A stretch of 64,000 bases of DNA from Styela clava (GCF_964204865.1 NC_135263.1:2418001-2482000); one strand, 5' to 3'; positions 27,049 to 41,577 are shown, counted from the stretch's first letter. Notes: generated from the sequence alone by a model not told the origin. Made by a program: numbers and translations.

Positions 27049-28652
27049 CTGTATGAGCAAACGTAAAAGTCAATCGTAAAATTGTTGATCCAGATATCGA
27101 AGCAGTAAATACCATAGTTTCCAGCGATAAAAAGCTTTTTGGAGCAAATTTGTGATTTCTGAGGGCTTTTTGCGTATCCACCACAGGTAGTTCGAGTAGT
27201 AAAGTAAGCACTGATGCGTAAGTATTTACTATGTTCCGAGATATTAGCTATCTTTTTTTATGTACAATATATATATGTCGAGATTAGACATTTCATATTC
27301 TGATAAGAATGCAATAAATATTCAAGTACTATTCACTACTAGTCAAGTAGAAAACTATTTACGGTATATTGCAATTCCAATTACTACGGCTGACGTTGAT
27401 CGAAAATTTTCAACAAATATTTTCGAAAATCTGTTTTTATTGCTCTCCAGCACCAGCACGTAGAAAGCGACCTGATTGGTGATTCTAGCACATTCGTACG
27501 GCGAGAAAAAATGTTTTTATAAAAGATGTCAAATGTCCCTGAGGACCATTCCGTTATATATGGTCCAAATTAGCTTTTAGCGAATTACCCGATATTTGGG
27601 GCATTGTTCGAACTTATTCTTTAGGAAACTGCTCTCTTAGTGCTTTTTATTTAAAGCAGGGGTCGGCAAACTGCGGCCCGGAGGCCAAATGTGGCCCGCG
27701 AGCTAATTTATTGTGGCCCTCGAACGACCCTACATTTAATACATGAAACAAAAATTGATCCTAAATTTATTATTGTCTCCACACATATTTATGTGGTATA
27801 TAAGTGCTGCTGTACGGCACTTGTTTTGTAACAAGCAGCGTCAGTAATATGTCGTTCGAGTTAATATTGATTTCTAAATTCAAAATCGAAGGGAAGCTTG
27901 CGATGTCGGTTGAGCATTCCAAAGTGCATGGACGAAAAAATATTTTTCTTTTGTGTTCATTCCAAAACCAGTGTTCTCGATATGCTCAGTCAGCATCGCA
28001 GTTATTAAGAGATTCAACGTTAAACTCGGATTAAACGGATTTTGGGTTTCCTTCAACCTGAAGCCAGAATCGAAATCAATATTTTTCGTCAGGAATTAGG
28101 ATTTGTTTCTGGTCATTTCTAGGAGAGTCACTTAGCCAGTCACCGAACTCGTAATACAACTAAAAAGGGGAAAATTGGAATAAAATTATGGCATAACCCG
28201 AACCTGGTACACATACTATGTTCTGGTGTCCGCCATCTATGTTTACATACTTCGGGAGCGGCCGGGCTAGTACTATTAGACTAAATAGGATATTGATTGC
28301 ACTGTATGTAATACTCACTCGCAAATCCGAAGCTTTCCTCTTTTTGCTCCAAGCCCCGGTCTTAATTTTTTTCCATTTTGACGATTCTTTTTTGTCTAAA
28401 TTATCATTGCATAAAATTTATTTAGTTTCATACACAAATATGTTTGTTATATGATGAACTTGTGTGTAAATTTTATCTATTTCAGTGCGCGATGGCCCAG
28501 TTGAATTCAAACCTCATTCGCATGACCCGATGTTCATTTAATCAATTGAAGTCCGAATTGAGGAGGGGACATCCTCAACTCTACGGCGCTGCTCCTCAGC
28601 CGAATTTCAAGTATGCATAATCTCAGCTTTTTATAAAAGTATTTTAACCGAC

Positions 28653-28725
28653 CTGAAATTTTCTGGGAAGCTAATTGCTCGGAAATTCTCACCATTTCGT
28701 CGTCCATCCCAGATCTTTTCGCTGC
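28653..28725 (-). CDS. Gene 2 exon F
   Basis: gttcag| AAKRSGMDDEMVRISEQLASQKIS+G |GTCGGT, phase 0-1; homologous to 56521-56602. Confidence 0.72.
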
Positions 28726-28774
28726 CTGAACATAAGTATCAAATTCACTATATAGTATAAGTAGAAAAATTATG

Positions 28775-29086
28775 CAGTGAGTATCAATTGGTGGGGCGCG
28801 GCACACAAGTGGGGCATAGGCAATTAGATGTGGGGGCGTTAAGCTATTAAAAAATATTAATATTTGGTAAATTTAATCTTTCCCGCCTTATTTAGGATAT
28901 TTACATTTCTCTATTTTTTTTTCTCGTTTCGTCCACGTATTTTCAACGTGTTTTTTTGAATAAAACATACTTTCGCTTTATTATATGTTATTTGTAGCTT
29001 ATTGTTAGCTGGATACTATTGAGTTGTGGCGCGAGACTTGAAAAATTCTAAAAAGGGGGCACGACTAAAAAAGCTGTGAACCAGTG
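28775..29086. mobile_element. MITE family 1 copy in the gene 2 E-F intron
   Basis: Interior matches the other copies; ends degenerate. Confidence 0.7.
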
Positions 29087-29186
29087 AATAATTGGGTTTG
29101 GTAAAAGCTCAAAGTATTTGCTCAAATTCTCCAACGTAACAATATGATATGTTTGCGTCTTATTTCATTGATACGTCTACACTTAC

Positions 29187-29336
29187 TATGTTTGCGTTAT
29201 CAGATCGGTTGCTCCGTTTGCTCCCTGGCTTGTATTGCTGCCAAGCATCTAGTCCAATTCTAGTCACCAATGTTATTACTTTCTTTTCCCTGCACTTAGT
29301 TGCTCGATTATATACCATTCTGACTGCTTCTTTGAA
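29187..29336 (-). CDS. Gene 2 exon E (helical linker, first half of NLS)
   Basis: ttctag| FKEAVRMVYNRATKCREKKVITLVTRIGLDAWQQYKPGSKRSNRSDNANI |GTAAGT; homologous to 57443-57583; not in the ORF track. Confidence 0.82.
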
Positions 29337-30027
29337 CTAGAAAAAATGAATAAATAAAAACAAGTGGAAAAATAATGTCAAAACGACACGAGGCAATTTA
29401 TAAATTATAATTTTTGATGAAGGAATAAGCATGTACTATAGAATTACTAGATTGCAACCAATTTTAACTTAGGTCAAGGACTTATTTCAAGTTGTAATTA
29501 TAACGGGTATAACTTGGATATGGGTTTTTCGCTACAGCCTATAGATCTGGTCAAAGGGCACGATAGTCTTATAAATAGTTGACAGCGCCATGGCCTATGT
29601 TTGTATCATGGGATATAAATCTTTGATTCACTTCCATGCTCAACACCTTTTTTTTTCGAAGTGTAGTAAATAGATAGGCAGTTTCGAATCAAAAAAAAAT
29701 TTAGTTATTAATATAGTAACATAATTCTTATATACCAGTGGCTACTTCCACAAAGCTTTCTTTGGCCTGTAAAAACGCCGCCTATGGAAATATATGCGCT
29801 GAATTCAGAGCGAGTACACGGGGAAATATACCTTTCACTGGAGATATTCGTGGAAACTCCCCGTTTTCTATATCGACTGCAGCCCAACTTCAGACGTTTT
29901 TGCAGTCTTACGTGTTTAACCGGAATACTAGTATACTGCAGCATCATGAACACAATTGGCAAAAGATAGAACGAAACCAGCAGACTCAATATCACGACTC
30001 TCTGTCGCATTCTCGTAAAAGACTCAC

Positions 30028-30114
30028 CGAGACGCTTAATTTGCCGCGATAAACGTCAACGTCTTCCATGTGCTTCACAGCTTCAAACCACTTAACTTCG
30101 GGGCTTTTTCTTGT
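30028..30114 (-). CDS. Gene 2 exon D (probable LRR C-cap)
   Basis: ttgtag| TRKSPEVKWFEAVKHMEDVDVYRGKLSVS |GTGAGT; aligns with gene 1 KLKIEWF. Confidence 0.8.
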
Positions 30115-30215
30115 CTACAATAACAAAATAAACAATCATGATATAGCGGAGTCGGAAAATTTGCACCCAGCTGCGACTCAAAACTCCGATTATTTTAAAA
30201 TATGAATCCGATACA

Positions 30216-30390
30216 AAAAAATTAATCCCAACTCTGGCGTTTTGTCGACTCTTTCGAATATACATCGAAAAATGTTGTAATATAAAAAGATAACGTCATC
30301 ATTTAAAAATTAATCCCGACTCTGGCGTTTTGTCGACTCTTTCGAATATACATCGAAAAATGTTGTAATATAAAAAGATAACGTCATCAT
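30216..30390. repeat. ~90-bp tandem duplication
   Basis: aaaaattaatccc.actctggcgttttgtcgac...aacgtcatc occurs twice. Confidence 0.85.
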
Positions 30391-30764
30391 ACAGAATAGT
30401 TACGCATGGTATAAAAATTGACGTCATAATGCAAATACATAAATAATACAAAAAGTTTCAATAATTACGACGTCATAATGCAAAAAAGTTTTTATGATTT
30501 TAAAAAAGACATCATAAAAAAAAATTGAATAAGATTACGCCATAATACAAAAAGTTTCAATAATTACGACGTCATAATACAGATTTTATGATTTCGAAAA
30601 AATTTAAGTCATAATATAAAAAGATGAAGTAATAACAAGCGATGAAGACGTATCACAGTTTTTAAATAATTATCATCGCATATCGAAATGACTTTAAATA
30701 AACCATGGTATGATATGTCGGTCGCCCAAAAACAAGTTAACAGAATACTGAGGACGTTTCTCAC

Positions 30765-30953
30765 CTGTTTCTTACCCAAGGTTAATGCCTGTTGGAGAAC
30801 AGCTTTGTCCTTTGTTGTTAATTTTGACTTACATACGCCTTGACAGTTTGCCAAGTTGAGTTCTTTGGAGATTCTTCCTTTGGCCAATAATTCGTGTAAG
30901 TGGATGAAAGCTGTAGTGTTGAGAGTACAGCCATTCAAATTGACAATCTTCAA
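30765..30953 (-). CDS. Gene 2 exon C (LRR)
   Basis: tttcag| LKIVNLNGCTLN...GRISKELNLANCQGVC...GKKQ |GTGAGA; 189 nt, phase 0-0, same length as 59155-59343. Confidence 0.88.
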
Positions 30954-31647
30954 CTGAAAGCATTTGAAAAAAAACAAGATAACAGTGCTATATATGAACA
31001 CGAAAACTGAAACGACGTATGTTATTAATGTCGTTTAGTTATATTGTTAATATTTATAGATACATTATAACTATTTAACTGTGCAAAAGCCAGGATGTGA
31101 GATGTGCGTATCACTGGATAAGGATTTACTAGACAAGGGGAGTGCAACCTATACAAATAAATAGGTGAAAACGCGGGTCGGCCTTTATTCAACATAGGCT
31201 ATCTAGTAGTTGCAGGCTTAAAAATTTGGATTATTGATCTTATGATAGGCGCTGTTCGCTTCGCACAAGCTAGTTGTTAGGGCAGTATAAAGTCATGGGC
31301 AAAAATAAAAAGTCGCACCCCCGCTTTCGTACAGTTCAAGTAGTTTATATATGTGCATAAATAAGTATCATAGTAATTATAAAAAAGTGAGGAATATTAA
31401 TAATACAGCGAATACGAAGCAAACTTCCTTCCCAGGTACGACAAAGTTCGTCATCGGGCACGAAATGCTCCGCGATTTAGAAACGTTGCAATAATATATT
31501 ATATGATATATATGATGTACGATATATATCACTATTTATTTACCGATGTTTTTACCTATGCCGTTTAGTTAATAGTATTACTTAATATTTATGCACAAAT
31601 TATAAACTGTACAAAATCCGGAGTGCGAATTGTTCGGAACACTGGGT

Positions 31648-32510
31648 CAGGGGTGGGCAACCCGTGGTAGGCGTGCCAAACTTGGCACGCGAGCCCATTT
31701 ATTCGGCACGCGAGTGAGGCCTCAGAAACGAGATAATTCTTCTTTAGATAAAACGTTTCGAGACTCTAAATTATATGATGAAATTCGGTGTTCGTTTATT
31801 CATTATATATCGTTTGTTAATAATCCGCTCTTTATTTAAATTCATTTTGTCCTTTCATGACATATGACCACAATAAAAAATATTATGACATAACAAATGA
31901 GTGGGCTTTCGAGATATTTTGTCGAGAAGAGCGCAGCACTCATTTGGCTATACTCTAGCGTAATACCAGTATAGTTCATCTGTGCCATCTTTTTCTATGT
32001 TCATGCAGTTCTACAGCTCATGTTGGTTAGAGTTACTTGCTAACTTACTGTTATAAATTGATTTCAAATGAAATATTAGCGATTAGAGAATGGAATACAA
32101 GAGAGAAGTGCAGAAAACGAACTATTGCGTGATTGGGATGTCATTTCCGAAAATTTTTCGTGTCTTAAAAACTTTGCAACTGCATTACTCTCCATGTTTT
32201 CATCTACATATGCTTGTTAATCTCTGTTCTCAGGTATGAACTTTATTAAGTCTCGTAATGGGAGTAGCCTGAAAGATGAAACCAGTAGTTCGTGTATTCC
32301 TTTGAAATTTACAAAATACAAACCCAATGTAAAATCTCTATCTGCGGTAATGCTGCAGCAGAAGTCTCACTGATATTGGATAGGAAAAGTAATCGAATCT
32401 ATTTCGGACTGATATTTTCCCGAATCGTGAATCTGTCTGCACGCGAGAGAATTTTGTCGTTAAATTTAGCCGATTTTGACACGCGAGCCGAAAAAGGTTG
32501 CCCACCCCTG
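31648..32510 (+). mobile_element. hAT non-autonomous element with a transposase C-terminal relic
   Basis: TIR CAGGGGTGGGCAACC; TSD cactgggt / cactagat; reads LSMFSSTYAC*SLFSGMNFIKS; inverted sister copy at 44435-45370. Confidence 0.88.
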
Positions 32511-32754
32511 CACTAGATAATGATCTATTACAATATTTATTTACTCATCTTTATATGTGTTTTACTTATCCGATTCACACTTCAAACTAGGCTCTAAGCA
32601 GTCACTGATTCGTGAAGAACTCTTTTAAAAAGAGGAATTTCATCGGTTGGGCATGACCCATGACCTTCCTAATTTATTACAACCAGGGTGAGGAAGTTAA
32701 TTCTTATTGTATGAACTTTATTACTCTGAAAAAAAAAATGTAAGGAGCTCTCAC

Positions 32755-32919
32755 TTCTCTTTGGCAGTTCAATATTCCGGCCAACAACCTTTCAGAGTTT
32801 TCTTCGTTAAGTTCTCTTGGAACTTCGATGGAATTGACAACCCCGCGGGTGATAAGGTCTATAATAGCATCAACACACTCATTGTTGTGAACGTTGTCCA
32901 TCAAGTTCAAATGTACGCT
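32755..32919 (-). CDS. Gene 2 exon B (LRR)
   Basis: tttcag| SVHLNLMDNVHNNECVDAIIDLITRGVVNSIEVPRELNEENSERLLAGILNCQRE |GTGAGA; 165 nt, phase 0-0, same length as 61551-61715. Confidence 0.88.
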
Positions 32920-33222
32920 CTGAAATTATAAAATAGGAATATTTAGAGAAGATATGCTCAATGAATAAACTGAATAAAATAGGCTGAGGGCTCCAGAAGG
33001 TAGTGTACCAATATCGAGGTAACTAATTTTGTTCGCCTATTTTACATCAATTTATATAAAGTTGGACTGAAGCCTATGGGCAGGGGGTATATTTACTTGG
33101 CTAACACAGACAGTCGTCGAACTCGTAATAGAACTAAAATATTCACAGTTCAACCGGAAATCTCAAGGAAAATCGGATCAAAATTATGACCCAACCCAAA
33201 CCTTGTACATATATTACGGGAG

Positions 33223-34975
33223 CAGGTTCGAAATTACGATGGCTCCGGCTCCGGAGTCGCAGTGTATTCAATCTTTGGCTCCAACTCCGGCGCTTTATTT
33301 TTTTATGCCGGAGCTGGCTCCAGCTCCGGCTCCATGGCCATCATCAGTGGGGCAGCCCAATAACGCACTTTGCTAATTGTTTTCTAAGCGTGGAATGTTA
33401 TTTAGGCTGTAAACAACCTTTAAGTCGGTGTCATGATAATTCCTTTTTGTTCCTGCATGTAACTTGTGAATCCACTGAGAGTTATTATTTGCTTTATTTC
33501 CGGGCGAATCGGTCTACCCAGCATATATGGATTTTACATGTAACCCTACAATAAGACGGGAAGAAAAATCGACTTCTGGAATGATCGCAGCGTTTGCGCA
33601 TTCGGTAAAATAGCTCATAATGACTTTTTCTACCACATATTTACTGTCTTTCTATTTTATTTAAATTTTTTTCAACATAACTGGCAATCATGTCGGCCAA
33701 ATTAAATTTGTCGTGGGCCATTCTAAAGCAAAACTTGGTGTTTTCTGTTTTATTTTTAGTATTTTATAATGTCGCTTTTTGATCAGGAAAATTTGGTTTG
33801 CGAATTCACTTTTTTATTTATCTTAGAATTTCATCACCGATGAATATGTAATATTTTGTTTTCTCACAAATATGGTGCGCGACACAAAACACATGTTTTG
33901 AGAAATTGTGATTAAGGGAAAAAAAAACACTGAAATAAAAGATGTTATGGCCTAATCTTTATGCCGACGAAAATAATTTACGCTTTTCACAAAATCCAAC
34001 GCACATGTGATAGTAACGACAATAGCCTTTCATCTCATGATACATACACGAATTCGGGCAACTCAAATATGATAATAAAAGCGTTGATATTCCAGATACA
34101 CAGAGCGAGAAAGCCAATTAATTTAAACAGGCCTGACGGGGAGGCAGTATTTTACGGTCCAAATTGAATAAGCAGACCCAAAATAATGAAAATTACCATT
34201 GTCACCCAATTAAACGCCGTCCCCTCTCCCAAATCAGGCCAAAAGTTGGTTCTAGAATCGAGGCGTATTCATAATTATCAGCGATGAGATGTTAAAGATG
34301 AATAGAGGAGTCAATTCGCAAGCCGAATTTCCACATTGGAGAGTTATTATAAGATACTAAAATGAAACGGGGAAATACTATAAACTTTGTTCTAGGAGAC
34401 TCCCAACAGCTAAAAAAAAATGCCTTGTTAATCTCATTATTTTTTCGCCTACGACATATTATTTACCGGTTGACTTTGAAAATTATACAGTCACTAAAAT
34501 AAATCTAATCACAATCAATCTTGCTTGCAATATACTTTTTATATATTCAAAAAATAACAACGGCCGCGGTGCATTTTGGAGTAGTTAAACCTTTCTTTTG
34601 TCGTAAAACGACTCAATCTCGAGATACGTTGAGCAGAATTAAGGACATTTGAAATGGATTGGATAATTCGCCACGAAAAAATCATAATATGTTACATGGA
34701 AATTCCAAAATCACTTCTTTGAAGCTCGACCGCAATCATGAAAAATTGCAGCTTAGTGGGAATGAGATTCAAAATTTTGATATAAGCGAGTAAAAAGCGA
34801 CCGCTTCAAATTTTGATTCTGAACTTTCAAACATACAGGATAACTGGAAACTTTTTAAATAATATTAGGAACTAAAATTTTTAAAATGAATTATAAGCTG
34901 AAAAGGAAAGATTTTATCATTTGTAACACTATCAGAAAACGGCTCCATGGCTCCGACTCCAACTCCCCAGCGCTG
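33223..34975. mobile_element. Non-autonomous element with ggctcc subterminal repeats
   Basis: Perfect 8-bp TSD tacgggag; ggctccggctcc arrays near both ends. Confidence 0.72.
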
Positions 34976-35587
34976 TACGGGAGTACCATAAGTTGTTTTA
35001 ATATATATGATTAGGTTCGAAAATATGAGAATCCATAATCTCTGATTCAGAACTTAAAGATCTTTTGTACGAAGCCCCCGCCACTCATGCAAAAATGCGT
35101 GATTTGAGAAAAAACACCACTGCCACGTTTTAAAGTAAGGAGTTAGTTATTATCCAGTTAGAATTAGGAATGATTTGAATATGTACGAGGAAATCTGCAT
35201 CCTAACCCCAACCACGACTGCATAAATGGTAATTTTCATATTTTAAGCAATGGTGGGGGGGGAAATTTATTTGGATTTTATTACATCGGATTATAACAAA
35301 CGAGATAAAATTGAGGTTCGATCCCCATAGAACCATAGAACACATACAATTTCAAATATATATACATATAAAAAATCAAAAAAGCTATATGGCGCATCGT
35401 GCTCAACCGTAAGAAAACGCTCGTCACCGCGCCTCTAATTACCCTTTGTGAACTCGCAGGTTGAAATTTGCGAAAGGATTGCTGGACTGCCCTCGCCGTA
35501 ACCGCAGATCGGTCTAAACGGCTTTCCTCTCATCCGGAATAAATAGGTGAATCCTGTCCTATTTCCTATGCACTAAATTGTACTTAC

Positions 35588-35866
35588 AAGTAAGCAATCA
35601 TTTCTTTGCATCGATTCAAGAATTTGTAGTGTCTGGAATGGATCGTTGAAACAGGCGATCAAAGATATTTTTTCCATTTGGGAATGTAAAATGACGGATT
35701 TCAATTTGTTGAACAGAGTATAAGGAACATGACTTAAACAAAGTTCCCGTCCACATTTTTCTGGCAAAATAGATTTTAGTCGTCCCAAGTCCTTGACATT
35801 TTTCATTGTACGATCCTTACTGATAAAAGAGTGTCTGTTGTGAGCGTAGGAAAGACATGATTTCAT
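35588..35866 (-). CDS. Gene 2 exon A (start; LRR N-cap and first repeats)
   Basis: MKSCLSY...KCGRELCLSHVP...MEKISLIACF...MQRNDCLL; donor CTT|GTAAGT phase 0; homologous to the other two A exons. Confidence 0.85.
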
Positions 35867-38800
35867 GGCCACATTTCACCAGAATAAAATATTTTTAAGG
35901 TTTATATTTCCAGGGGATAATACTCCTAAATATAATTAGTCAAGTCTGTGAACAAAACGAACAATTTTCATTATTATTTGGTGACATTTGTCAGCGCAAT
36001 ACGTGGTTGATGCCTAGTAGTGGATAAAAATTTGTACTTCAGTTGTGTTTCCATAGCTACAAACCCCATGTCCGTCATCTCATACAGTGTGTAATAAACT
36101 GGGTATGCAACCTACTTGGCCACAATAGGCCCTCTGATTTTTCAGCATTTATCATTGACTATGTTTAATCGCATAGCAAATGAAAATAATAAAAGATAAA
36201 TATACAGACAATCGTCTAATTGGACATCCTAACGCTTCAAAAATGGCAAGGCTAATAAATATAGCATTACTCAAACAAGCGTTCTTCTTGGAATTGTGAT
36301 GTAAATATTTGCTATTTATTCTAAGCGTTTTTCTGCCAACTACACAATTACTCAGCAATTTTGGTAATGACAATAAGAAATATGCATTAGGATGCTAAAC
36401 AACTCGCAATACATACAATACATAGAGTAAGGCCGTGAGTCCCCTAGCATGTCACGCGACCGAGACGAGTCGGGACGTCAGCGGTGGTGAAAGCCATCCA
36501 TAACAGTAGAGCCTGCCGTTCGATGTCGAGAACGGTCAAACCGAGAATAGTAATGGAATATATTACACCCTGGGTGAGGTGGGTGGCATGGGATTTAAAG
36601 CTGAGATGTACAATCCGGGATGTCAACGCAGTTCAGCTCAAAACGCTTCTCCTCTAGCCATTGCATCGCCAAATAAGATTGTGCCGTGTAAGACAGATAT
36701 GTCATATAACCCTAATAGTTAATTTGTGACCTTGATACTGCTTACTTATCATCTGTATTTTAAGTCATGATAATAATACCCAGTGCATCTAGAAATAGAT
36801 GGATTTATCCCGACAAGCCGCCAATTTGTTTTAGGTATTAATAATTTCAAAGAACCTACCTAGCTTACCGCGCCTTTCAATACTCTAGTCTAAAATACAT
36901 TACTCACTGAGGGTTTAACTAGGGCAGGTAATAACTCGATTCTAGCATTGTTTATATATTAGAGAAGAAATTTAAACTTAAATCTAATAAAATCTATTTT
37001 GGATGCAAATTTTCAATACTAATACACATTGTCAAGGGATATCGAGTCATCGACTCGTCTCAAGTTGAACACCTAAATGGAATGACACGGACTCGTCACC
37101 AACTAACTGTCAAAGAGACTTAACTCAGTGGTCGACTTGATTTCAGACTTGGATAAAATAGTAATGATCAAATTTTAATGCTACTATATTTAATTACTTC
37201 TATTATATCTACAACTCTGTACTAACTAAATCTTTTGTGGCAAAGAAATTATACAAACTATATATAAAAAAAAAAATTCTTGCAACCTCGAAAAATCTAA
37301 ATTACTTCCGCATAGCCTTGATTATTCAGAAGGAAACAACATTTTATATTCGTTTTCTGAGAGCTTCTCTCTCTATAGATCATTGAAGAACTACGACTGC
37401 AGAGAAAAATATTAAGTAGCACATGTACATCTACAAACAAAGCATAGAACAAAGCTAATACATGGACTGTGGAAATGGACTCGGAATTTTAGACTATCAA
37501 TGGTGAAAATTGAATTGTACAGCGATTCAAAAATAAAATGAAAGAAAGCTTGCACACCCAAAGTTTTTATTAGTTGAATTTGAATTTCAAAAGAGCTGCA
37601 AAAAGGGTAGAATTTTGAGTCGAAAGTCTCTACATATACACATATAAATGAGTATTTACACACAGTGTCTCAGTTAAAGCATAATCCTTTTCCAGTTTTT
37701 GCGCTGTTTTGATGATTGAGATCCTGAGCTATGTTTAATTTAAGTGTTTGTGTCTTAATTATAAGTATATAAATAAATGATATTTATTAGTGATGAGGAA
37801 TGCAGTCGCAGAACTCACGCTATAGCACTGGTTTGGTGTACGTCTAGCGCTAAAATTTGGTAGACCTCACGCTTATTGTTCTGGCGTGGGCTACATCTCA
37901 CGGCAATGTTTGATGACTCACGATATACTGCTCAAACAATGTAGATCTCACACTATACTACTAACCTCAGCTAAACCTCACTATAAACTACTAACCTTCG
38001 AATAATTCCATGATAACCTACTAGACCAGTAGATATTGCGCTATAGTACTATCCTGAGATGGCATCGCGCTATTCTAGCTCAGCGTTTCTCAAACTGTGT
38101 GCGACGGTGCCGTGAGAGGTGTGTCGCGGCGCTTTTGGAAAATAAGCTATTCGTGCTAATGATTATGTTTCTGTGGGACTAAATATCTATCCTTCTTCTT
38201 ACCTTTGGTCCCTGTGGATCCATATTCATGTATTGCAAGAGTAAAGATAACTATTCTAGGCGATTCAAGAGTCTTGCTGCTCACTAACACAAACATAGTT
38301 CTGTATATATATTCTGACCAAGACCAGATGAAACGTTACAGAAATGCATTTAGTCTTAGTGTGACGTGAAAAAAAAAACGCGCTACCAAAACTGCCAGTT
38401 CATATTTGGCGCTGCAGTGGAATATGGGGCTTTCATACAGACTAACTAAGCATTGCGATTAATAAAACACCATTCTACCTTGGCTGTGCAATGATATAGT
38501 GAACCCTCCTTGTTCGCGGTCTGAATTCTTTAAAAATTGTAGTTCTTCAGTTAAAATGTTTAGTATTCTTTGTTTGTCTAAAATTCTAAATCGTGCAAAT
38601 ATATCGACTAAAAAATCACTAGACCGTAGATTAATGGGATGACGAATCATACCCTTGCTGAGAACGTGATTGGATAATAGACATTCATTGCGGGCGTGAT
38701 CTTGCTTGAATTCCGCGATATTTACCGAATATGGGGTTTAGTTATAGATTAAGCGTTGTGATTAATAAAGCACAACTCTACCTTGGCCACGCGATTATGA

Positions 38801-40429
38801 TACTTAACACACAAAATTGCGGATATATAAATCATATAGTAATTTGAAACATATATCCATTCCTCTTACTAACCTGCTGTCTATAGGGCAGCCCAATAAC
38901 ATATAATTCTATATATGAGAGGGAAATCAAATGACAATTAGGTTAGATGAGAGAGGCATTATTCTTATCTAACATTTCTAGATCTAACCCAAGAAAAATG
39001 AAATGAAAGAAACAGATCAGAAAATGAATTGTGAGACAATAACAGGATTGTACCGACTTTGTTATGACTAATTGAATTATCTGCCAAGCAATTTTGCGCT
39101 TGAAGTTTTATTTGAAAAATAAATTAACTCAAACTTGCATAGCGTGCATGAGCTTCATAAAACAAGAATGCAATGTCTCAGATATTCGGACACAATTTCA
39201 AATAACGACTTCAGAATTCAGCCAAAAGTTTTACCGAATATCATGTGTTCCGAATGTCACGTGAAGATGTTATGTTGACTTATGAAAGAATTCTGGAATT
39301 AGGAATGGAATATCAGACATTCAAATGCGAATTTACATCTGAATTACACATACATTTGTATATTTTTATTGGCCGGCTATATAAATGGTAGTGTTGATTT
39401 CACAAGCTGTTGCGCAAGGATATTGAAACTCAATACACCGAGATGCCTACGTCATAAGATATGCTAAACTATTTGCTTGTCCAGATCCTTGTAAGAGATA
39501 ATGAGATGTCGCATTATATTTTATTTCACAGGAGGTTCAACAATATTTTTCCAAAGCTTCGTTTAAATGATCATACTTTCGTCTAGAGCAGGGGTGGGTC
39601 TTTGGCCAGCATCCGTAGTTTGCCCATGTCTGATCTGATGCCTTTGTAAGAGTGAATGTGATGTGGGTGTCATTTTCTCGATAGTCGATAATCGATTTCT
39701 ATCTTACGCTTGTCTACAGTCTAAGTCAGAGCGAATACAATCTAAATATTTACAGATATAACCAAAGCTTGCAAACTAGATTCCCAAAATGGGATGGCTA
39801 ACCATTCACCCGCAGGTTTCAAAGTTACCAAACATATTTTTGGTGACCGTCCAAATCAAGAATTGATACTAAAAATCAGTAACATATCCCTGGGGCGTAG
39901 GGCTTATTACAGTGAGAGTAAACGGTTCCGTCTGCTGCGACTATAAAAATTTACATGACTCGTAGTTCGGAAATGAATTTCCTGGCGTGGTTGAAAATTT
40001 GATAATTCGATTCGGAAAATTTCAATGTGATTTTAGATAAAATAGCTATTAAAATTTATTTATTTATGTCAGTACTTGTTGAAGGTTAGGAATAGGGATG
40101 ACTGATTAGCTCCAATTGCCATTTGAACGGAGACCTTTGTAGAGGTCTATTGGTCTGTCACATAAACAGAAGGTAATTTGGGGGTGTATAGCCTTTAATG
40201 TCATTCGAATGATATCATCCGTGAAGTAATATTGGGCTGTCCTATAGACAAAAGTTTAGAACGGGGATCTTATTGCCGTTCGAACGGTGTACAATGTACG
40301 AAGTTATTATCATTTATCGTTATCATTCACAAATTTCCAAGCATTGCTTCGCATACGGAAATAAACGTTTACGAAATTGCTCCGCGGAAATAATCAAGGA
40401 TGAAGAACATAAGCATATGCTTCTAAAAA

Positions 40430-40900
40430 GCCGTGAATGAATTTAAGGCCCTGATGAGTACGTAGTGGACAACATAGCTAAATCGTTGTTGTTGTTAGGG
40501 TATGAAAAAAACGCTTCAATGGATCGGTATATATTAAACTGTCAATACTTCGATATGAAAGAAGTTGCTGAAATGCTATTACTTTATAGTCTGAACCCGA
40601 TACTTCCCAAATTAATTCTGTTTTTATTTAAATCATGGGCACACTTTCGTATGACATTTGTCCGACATTATGCTGAGAGTGCGTTATTCATTTGAATTTT
40701 GTGTTCATATATTTGAACTTTGCCATCTTGTTAAAAAGGCAACTGATGGACATAAACTGACCGCGATTTCCATTAGATATAGGTATATTACGAGATGTTT
40801 TACTGAATTAACCGCAATTGACACTATGTACAAACAGTCTCTGATACATTTGGAGGTTTATTTTCGAAAGAATCGGGAATCTTCCCTATCAGTAATCTTC
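40430..40900. repeat. Dispersed repeat with an inverted copy at about 56000-56460
   Basis: cattagatataggtatatt and atcatgggcacactt match reverse complements in the second copy; track ORFs 40658+ and 56002- are similar. Confidence 0.75.
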
Positions 40901-41577
40901 TACCTATAGTCAACAAACACCAACTTATTTATAATCTTCTCTTCGACTACTACATATACAGTATTCCATTATTTCTATTTATTGTTCCACCTATTACGAC
41001 AGCGTACTGCCTTGGCCGTGCTACCTGAACTGCCAGATCAATTGAGCGCTACGCGTGTCATCGGTATTCTTGAGGGAGTGGTATGCTGTGGGTAATAATT
41101 AAAACATGTTGAAATTTTTAGGGCTTCTCTCGTTTTAAGGATTATCGAGATGAAAAATATCTTGTTCAGAGGAATATTTTCGTCCGCGGAGCGTTCTCTG
41201 AATTCAGTTTTTCAATATAGTGATCAAAGGTGACAACATTAGAAATTGAGAAAGTACGGAGTAAACAAGGAAAAAAGACTTTCAGTATAATATACAATAT
41301 CCTAGTACTGTCCGAACTTCTTTTACTGAATCTTTTCCAAAGAACCTTCGTTTTGTAAAGCCCTTTTTCAACCTCTAAGTTTTTCCGGCTAGAGCGGTTT
41401 TCTTTCATTTTCAAGTTTCTTTCCTGTCGTATACTATCACAAGAGAGCAATGCCTAAATATATGGACACGAAGAGCAAAACGGAGTAGTACGGTTATGTA
41501 ATCTTTCGCAGTGAACTATTGGCACTGCAGCCTTTACTACTTCGCCTGACTAACAAAAAAATTAACGCAAACGCGGA

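Larger units (their letters stand above)
22786..27483. repeat. Recent tandem duplication (~2.1-kb unit; second copy has an internal ~490-bp duplication)
   Basis: Units start at 22786 and 24897; offsets 2111/2112 then 2601 match the duplicated ORFs in the track; only scattered substitutions. Confidence 0.95.

Noticed and set aside
28534-28806. 90-aa ORF as the terminal exon of gene 2
   Set aside because: Only 28653-28725 is homologous to gene 1 exon F, its phase-1 donor matches the downstream exons, and the 5-prime part of the ORF overlaps a MITE
29708-30052. Three overlapping ORFs suggesting an antisense or nested gene
   Set aside because: No recognisable product or splice structure; they lie mostly in the gene 2 D-E intron
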